Under the pieces are notes generated by a model. It was not told where the DNA came from and ran no database searches. It was given only the letters and a program-made list of their open reading frames with translations. From Dehalococcoidia bacterium (GTDB lineage: Bacteria > Chloroflexota > Dehalococcoidia > GIF9 > AB-539-J10), in contig JBKHJG010000001.1 in assembly GCA_046538235.1 (NCBI GenBank), forward strand, positions 124,762-188,761: 64,000 bases of DNA. The letters run 5' to 3'. This document shows, piece after piece, positions 59,315 through 64,000 of this stretch (within the stretch, counting starts at the first letter, position 1; each line of letters opens with the position of its first letter). A program made the position numbers and the translations under genes.

Positions 59315-60688
59315 ATGAGCGAAGAGTTAGCTGAAAGGCCATCGTCGGGTGCTCTGGACGAGGACACCTTTAAGGAGCTGCTGGAGAATAAGCAATACAG
59401 GATGTTGCGAGAGCAGCTATCAAAGGCTGAACCGGCCGATGTCGCCGATCTCCTGGCCAGCGTACCCGCTGACGAGGCAGTGATAGCGTTTCGCCTCCTC
59501 CCCAAAGGCCTGGCCATTTCCGTCTTCGACTATATGGATGGAGCCTTTCAGGACCGGCTTCTTGAGGCGTTCAGCGACCAGGCAGCGCGCAGTTTCCTGG
59601 AAGCGATGCCCCCGGATGACCGAACCGAACTGCTGGACGAGGTGCCCGCCAAGGTAGCCCGCAGGCTGCTGCAGATACTCTCGCCCGACCAGCGCCGCGT
59701 CACCATGCAATTGCTGGGCTATGACGAGGACACGGCCGGGCGCGAGATGACCCCTCTGTTCGTGGACCTGCACGGCGATATGACCGTAGCACACGCCCTG
59801 GAAAGGATCCGCAAGCTGGCCATCAACCGGGAGACCGTCTACGAGTGCTATGTCATGGACCGCCGCCGTCGCCTCATAGGTACCGTCTCGCTGAAGGACC
59901 TGGTCCTCGCCGACCCCGATGCCACGGTAACCGATATCATGAAGCCGGACCCGTCCTTCGTGTCGACACATGCCGACCGGGAAGAGGCGGCCAGGGAACT
60001 GCGTGAGCACGACCTTCTGGCAATTCCCGTGGTAGATGCGGAGCAGCGTCTGGTAGGCATCATCACCTATGACGATGTGGCCGACATAATCGAGCAGGAG
60101 GCCACCGAGGACATGTATCGCTTTGGTGCGGTGCCGGGTACGGAGCGGGGTTACTTCGCCAGCCGTACTCTCAGCGTTGTCCGGCGCCGGGCCCCGTGGC
60201 TGTTCCTGCTTATCGCAGTGAGCATGGTTATCGCCCCCATTATCTTCGAGCAGGAAGAGCTGCTGGGCGGGGCCTGGATACTGGCCGGCTTCATCCCCCT
60301 GGTCATTGCCGCCGGCGGGAATGTGGGAGCACAGTCGGCCACGGTCGTTATCCGCGGCCTGGCCACCGGCGAGGTGAACCCGAGACGGGCTCTAGCCGTG
60401 GTCTTGCGCGAAGTTGGGATAGGCGCTATCATCGGCGTGGCCCTGGGCGCGGTTGCCCTGGGCGCAGCCTATGCATTCGGCCGGAACCTCGAGGCGGCAG
60501 TCGTGGTGGGCGTGACCCTGGTCGGCATCTCAATAATGGCAACTCTGGTAGGCGCAGCTCTACCGTTTCTTTTTCGGCTACTCAAGATTGACCCGGCGAT
60601 GGTCTCGGCACCTCTGTTAACTACTGTTATGGATATCTTTGGTGTGACACTGTATTTTGCTGTTGCCCGTCTGATACTGCCGATTTGA
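59315..60688 (+). CDS. mgtE: magnesium transporter MgtE
   Basis: MgtE_N domain, two CBS domains, and a 5-TM C-terminal domain (…GGNVGAQSATVVIRGLATGEV…). Start placed at MSEEL; the ORF-track GTG extension would encode the terminator hairpin. Confidence 0.9.
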   Translation: MSEELAERPSSGALDEDTFKELLENKQYRMLREQLSKAEPADVADLLASVPADEAVIAFRLLPKGLAISVFDYMDGAFQDRLLEAFSDQAARSFLEAMPPDDRTELLDEVPAKVARRLLQILSPDQRRVTMQLLGYDEDTAGREMTPLFVDLHGDMTVAHALERIRKLAINRETVYECYVMDRRRRLIGTVSLKDLVLADPDATVTDIMKPDPSFVSTHADREEAARELREHDLLAIPVVDAEQRLVGIITYDDVADIIEQEATEDMYRFGAVPGTERGYFASRTLSVVRRRAPWLFLLIAVSMVIAPIIFEQEELLGGAWILAGFIPLVIAAGGNVGAQSATVVIRGLATGEVNPRRALAVVLREVGIGAIIGVALGAVALGAAYAFGRNLEAAVVVGVTLVGISIMATLVGAALPFLFRLLKIDPAMVSAPLLTTVMDIFGVTLYFAVARLILPI

Positions 60689-60743
60689 TCAGCCTGCTGA
60701 ATGGAGCCGGAGTAGTCCTCCGTGCTAGGAAAGGAGATTTGCG

Positions 60744-61880
60744 ATGACTAACAGGATAATGAATGGGCCGGAGACAAGGCCGGCAGCGGAGCGACTGCGC
60801 AAGCTGCGCACTGCCATTGCCGCAAACGGCCTGGATGTCCTGCTCGTCTCCCAGCCGGAGAATCGGCGCTACCTATCGGGCTTCACCGGCTCATCAGGCT
60901 GGCTCCTTATTGCGCAGGAAAGTGCCATCCTGGCCACTGACTTCCGCTATGTGGAGCAGGCGGCGGGAGAGTGCCCCGACTTCGAAGTCGTTCAGACCAA
61001 GCGGGAGCTACGCGACTGGCTTCCCGGCCTGTTATCTAACTACGGCTGGCACAAACTGGGCTTCGAGGGCCACGCCGTTTCCTACGACAGCCATCACAAG
61101 CTGGGCCAGGCATTGGAGGGCGGACAGGTCCACGTTGACCTGGTGCCCACCAGCGATCTGGTAGAACAGCTTCGGGCGGTCAAGGAGCATGAAGAGCTTC
61201 AGTACATCGCAAGGGCGGTAGCGATGGCCGATGCCGCTCTTGAACAGGCAGCGACCCTGATCCGCCCCGGCATGACTGAAAAACAGGCATCCTGGGAGAT
61301 AGAGAAGCTCCTTCGCCAGCAAGGTAGCGAAGGCGTCGCCTTCGAAATCATCGTAGCTTCAGGCCCTAACGCAGCCCTGCCCCATGCCCGGCCCACAGAG
61401 AAAGCGCTCTGCCCGGGGGAACCGGTGATCATTGACATGGGCGCCAGGTCCGACGGCTATTGCAGCGATCTCAGCCGTAGTCTGTTCCTGGGCAAGCCGG
61501 ACCAAACCTTCCGTCAGATTTATGATATAGTGCTCAGAGCACAGACCGCCGCCATAGAGGGAGTTGAATCAGGCATGGAGGCTGCGCAGGCAGACCGGCT
61601 GGCCCGAAGCGTCATTGAACAAGCCGGCTATGGAGATGCCTTTGGGCATGGCCTGGGGCACGGAGTGGGACTGGCCGTCCACGAATCTCCCACCGTGGGC
61701 TCCAGTTCCTCGGACTCGCTGGCAGATGGTATGGTGTTTACCATCGAACCGGGAATCTACCTTGCGGGGCAGGGTGGAATCAGAATTGAAGATATGGTGG
61801 TCCTGGAGAACGGCAGGGCCAGAGTGCTTACCAGGGCCAGGAAACTCGACTTTGGGTCCCCGGACGTCAGCCAGGGGTGA
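60744..61880 (+). CDS. pepP: Xaa-Pro aminopeptidase (M24 family)
   Basis: Creatinase_N-like N-terminus and metal ligands HGLGHGVGLAVHE plus the IEPGIY/…IRIED pattern. Confidence 0.88.
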   Translation: MTNRIMNGPETRPAAERLRKLRTAIAANGLDVLLVSQPENRRYLSGFTGSSGWLLIAQESAILATDFRYVEQAAGECPDFEVVQTKRELRDWLPGLLSNYGWHKLGFEGHAVSYDSHHKLGQALEGGQVHVDLVPTSDLVEQLRAVKEHEELQYIARAVAMADAALEQAATLIRPGMTEKQASWEIEKLLRQQGSEGVAFEIIVASGPNAALPHARPTEKALCPGEPVIIDMGARSDGYCSDLSRSLFLGKPDQTFRQIYDIVLRAQTAAIEGVESGMEAAQADRLARSVIEQAGYGDAFGHGLGHGVGLAVHESPTVGSSSSDSLADGMVFTIEPGIYLAGQGGIRIEDMVVLENGRARVLTRARKLDFGSPDVSQG

Positions 61881-62047
61881 TTCTCCCAACCCTGATGGGC
61901 GTCCATCCGATGCCTGTCGGCGCATAATTTCACACGTCTCGGCGGGCGGGAGAACAGAGGGCGAAGACGTGCCGGCAAGGCCGGGACGAGGACTCAACAC
62001 CCCTGGCTGATAGCCACAAGCAGAATACCTGATCAGGAGGTTACCGA

Positions 62048-62608
62048 ATGCCCGATGCCGGAGAATTGAGAAAGGGAGCTGCCATAGAACTGGGCGGCGA
62101 GATATACCAGGTGCTGGAATACCAGCATGTCAAGATGCAGCAAAGGCAGCCCGTAGTCAAGTTGAAGCTACGTGATGTCCGCAGCGGCAATATCACCGAG
62201 CGCAATTTTCAGTCCGGAGACAAGGTCACCACGGCGTTTCTGGAGCACCGTCCGGTCCAATACCTCTACAACGATGGCCAGCTGTACTATTTCATGGATA
62301 ATGAGAACTACGAGCAGATTATGTTAACTGCCGCCCTGATCGGAGAGGGGACCAGCTATCTGAAAGAGGGCCTGGAGCTGGAGCTTCTGACCTCCAGGGG
62401 AGATACAGTGTCAGTAGAGTTACCCAACTCGGTGGAGCTTCAAGTCATAGAGACTGAGCCTGGCTTCAAGGGCGATAGGGCCACAGCGGGCACCAAGCCC
62501 GCCAAGCTGGAAACCGGTGCAAGCATCCAGGTCCCCCTATTCATCGACACGGGCGATATCGTTAGGGTCAACACTCGCACCGGCGAATACCAGGAGAAGG
62601 CCGGGTAA
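62048..62608 (+). CDS. efp: elongation factor P
   Basis: 186 aa with a three-domain EF-P pattern (…GASIQVPLFIDTGDIVRVNTRTGEY). Confidence 0.9.
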   Translation: MPDAGELRKGAAIELGGEIYQVLEYQHVKMQQRQPVVKLKLRDVRSGNITERNFQSGDKVTTAFLEHRPVQYLYNDGQLYYFMDNENYEQIMLTAALIGEGTSYLKEGLELELLTSRGDTVSVELPNSVELQVIETEPGFKGDRATAGTKPAKLETGASIQVPLFIDTGDIVRVNTRTGEYQEKAG

Positions 62609-62716
62609 TCTCAGCGCCAGCCTCTTCTCTGCCAGCAGTGCTGGCTGCCTGCCCCCAGCCAATGTATGCGGACCTGGCTCCAAGCGCCGATGAATCTGGT
62701 ATAATCAAAGCCCTCA

Positions 62717-63418
62717 ATGAGGGAAAACAGGAATCAGGTAAGCCGCTTGATAAAAGCCGATCTGCATGTCCATACCTGTTACTCGATGGACTGCCTCACG
62801 CCTCTGGAACAGATAATCGACCGTTGTCTGGAACTGGGCATAGGTTGCGTTGCCATAGCCGACCACAATACCATTGCCGGCGCCTTGAAGCTGAGCGAAA
62901 TTGCCCCCTTCAGGGTGATCGTTGCTGAAGAAATCCTGACACCGGTGGGCGAGATAATGGGACTCTTTCTCAGCGAAGAGATCCCCCGGGGCCTATCTCC
63001 ACAGGAGACAATATCGCAGATCCGAAGCCAAGGCGGGCTGGTGGCTATTCCACACCCTTTCGGCAGGCCGCTGCCCAGACATCCCGACACGCTGACCTCG
63101 CCTGAGATTCTGTCGCAGGTTGACATCATAGAGACCCTCAATGCCCGCACGCCATCATCCAGCGCCATCGCCAGAGCATGGAAACTGGCAAAAGAGCACG
63201 GAAAGGCAGCCAGCGCCGGCAGCGACGCCCATACTCTGGGCGAGATCGGCCGCGCATACGTGGAAATGCCTGACTTCAGCGGGCCCGACGACTTCCTCAG
63301 TTGTCTGGCTCAAGGGACGGTTTGCGGGCAGAAATCCAACTCCTTGGTTCATGTGGCCAGCATCTGGGCCAGGATAAGGAAACGGACCCTGGGGAACTCC
63401 CCGTCATGCTCGAACTAA
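62717..63418 (+). CDS. PHP-domain metal-dependent phosphoesterase
   Basis: DLHVHTCYSMDC…AIADHNTIAG…HPF PHP motifs. Start uncertain; a TTG at about 62749 with an AGGTAAG RBS is an alternative. Confidence 0.8.
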   Translation: MRENRNQVSRLIKADLHVHTCYSMDCLTPLEQIIDRCLELGIGCVAIADHNTIAGALKLSEIAPFRVIVAEEILTPVGEIMGLFLSEEIPRGLSPQETISQIRSQGGLVAIPHPFGRPLPRHPDTLTSPEILSQVDIIETLNARTPSSSAIARAWKLAKEHGKAASAGSDAHTLGEIGRAYVEMPDFSGPDDFLSCLAQGTVCGQKSNSLVHVASIWARIRKRTLGNSPSCSN

Positions 63419-63544
63419 CGGCCGGCCGACACCGTATGGAGGGCTCACGCCGCACACTAAGGGCCCAACAAGGCAGATGAAGCGGCACCACGAATCCTCA
63501 AAACGGCGACCACAGACGGACCTGCCTCTTCCGGTCAGCACAGG

Positions 63545-63772
63545 CTAGTCCCTCCTTCGGGTCTCACGAAAGATCCACACGAAAGTAACTATGGCTATAA
63601 CGGCGATAACGACGACCGTGATCAACCCCGCCTTGCCCAGCCCGCCGAACGCTTCTCCGGGGGCATGGGCCACACCGCTTGCCGCCCTCCATACTGTTAT
63701 CATCCTGCCTGCCAAGACGATGCCGCTATTCTCCTGCCGCATCCCTCTCGCCACAGGCGAGAGGCCACACAC
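63545..63772 (-). CDS. possible small membrane protein (75 aa)
   Basis: One C-terminal TM segment. No RBS or homology support. Confidence 0.2.
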   Translation of the reverse strand: MCGLSPVARGMRQENSGIVLAGRMITVWRAASGVAHAPGEAFGGLGKAGLITVVVIAVIAIVTFVWIFRETRRRD

Positions 63773-63779
63773 CGACCTT

Positions 63780-64000
63780 ACTTGTCGGTCCGCTTGCTGA
63801 GTATCTCGTCTATGAGGCCATACTCCACTGCCTGCTCAGCACTAAGATAGAAGTCCCTATCGGTGTCGTGGGCTATCTTCTCTACCGGCTGACCAGTGTG
63901 CTTGGCTATGATGGTGCGTATCGTCTCCTGCATCCGCATGATCTCCCTGGCGGCAATCTCAATGTCCGCCGCCTGTCCCTGAGCGCCACCGACCGCCTGG
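63780..64000 (-). CDS. clpP: ATP-dependent Clp protease proteolytic subunit, C-terminal part (continues beyond window)
   Basis: Minus-strand translation …IEIAAREIMRMQETIRTIIAKHTGQPVEKIAHDTDRDFYLSAEQAVEYGLIDEILSKRTDK* is the typical ClpP C-terminus. Not in the ORF track because it runs off the window. Confidence 0.85.

Noticed and set aside
62048-62608. Unusual EF-P modification loop (KMQQRQP in place of KPGKGQA)
   Set aside because: Alignment of the loop by eye is ambiguous. I cannot tell whether the modified residue is Lys or Arg without a proper alignment, so no claim is made.

Overview
High-GC (~60%), gene-dense bacterial chromosomal window. Bacterial hallmarks include a glycine riboswitch, sigma70-type promoters, dnaN, efp, hicAB, GGAGG ribosome-binding sites and rho-independent terminators. 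Going by gene content the source is probably an anaerobe of a Chloroflexi-like lineage; that is inference only.

Content, in order:
- 1-5 kb: a 5'-truncated thiolase and an archaeal-flavoured operon (small basic peptide, THEP1-type NTPase, DUF166-like protein, small protein), then a Zn alcohol dehydrogenase and a DhnA-type class I aldolase.
- 5.2-6.7 kb: a stand-alone 5S rRNA with its own promoter, an MBL-fold hydrolase and a CinA-C/PncC-type amidase.
- 6.9-9.6 kb: O-phosphoseryl-tRNA synthetase (SepRS) directly followed by Sep-tRNA:Cys-tRNA synthase (SepCysS). This is the archaeal-type tRNA-dependent cysteine pathway in a bacterial context and is the most notable system in the window.
- 9.6-12.8 kb: a RimI-like GNAT and a large secreted S1 serine protease with four tandem B-repeat domains and an unclassified C-terminal Cys-rich domain plus a hydrophobic, Arg-rich tail.
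- 13-15 kb: a beta-oxidation/butyrate-type pair (3-hydroxyacyl-CoA dehydrogenase, crotonase).
- 15.4-23 kb: an 8-gene minus-strand operon gcvT-gcvH-gcvPA-gcvPB-lpd-lipB-lipA under a tandem glycine riboswitch with a terminator expression platform and a near-consensus promoter.
- 23-24.3 kb: a 1.26-kb IS element (DDE/rve transposase, ~31-bp imperfect inverted repeats, 5-bp CAGGT target-site duplication) inserted ~10 bp upstream of the gcv promoter -35.
- 24.4-28.9 kb: three tandem GH57-family glycoside hydrolase paralogs.
- 28.9-35.4 kb: a 103-aa hypothetical whose leader holds a short PGAPK-repeat uORF and a 14-bp perfect hairpin; a wHTH regulator; an MFS transporter fused to a ~235-aa unknown cytoplasmic domain; tandem Usp; an RCK_C membrane protein; CorA.
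- 35.5-53.8 kb: a large alpha-glucan locus combining the classical GlgC/GlgA/GlgB route with the GlgE route (TreS-Pep2 fusion, GlgE), plus GlgP, a stand-alone receiver domain between glgE and treS, MalQ, and a glucokinase / LacD-like aldolase / pyruvate kinase operon.
- 53.9-64 kb: dnaN with a consensus promoter, hicAB, a pseudouridine synthase, a two-component system, mgtE behind a consensus promoter and terminator-containing leader, PepP, EF-P, a PHP phosphoesterase and a partial clpP.

No CRISPR array was seen, and no tRNA was confidently found.
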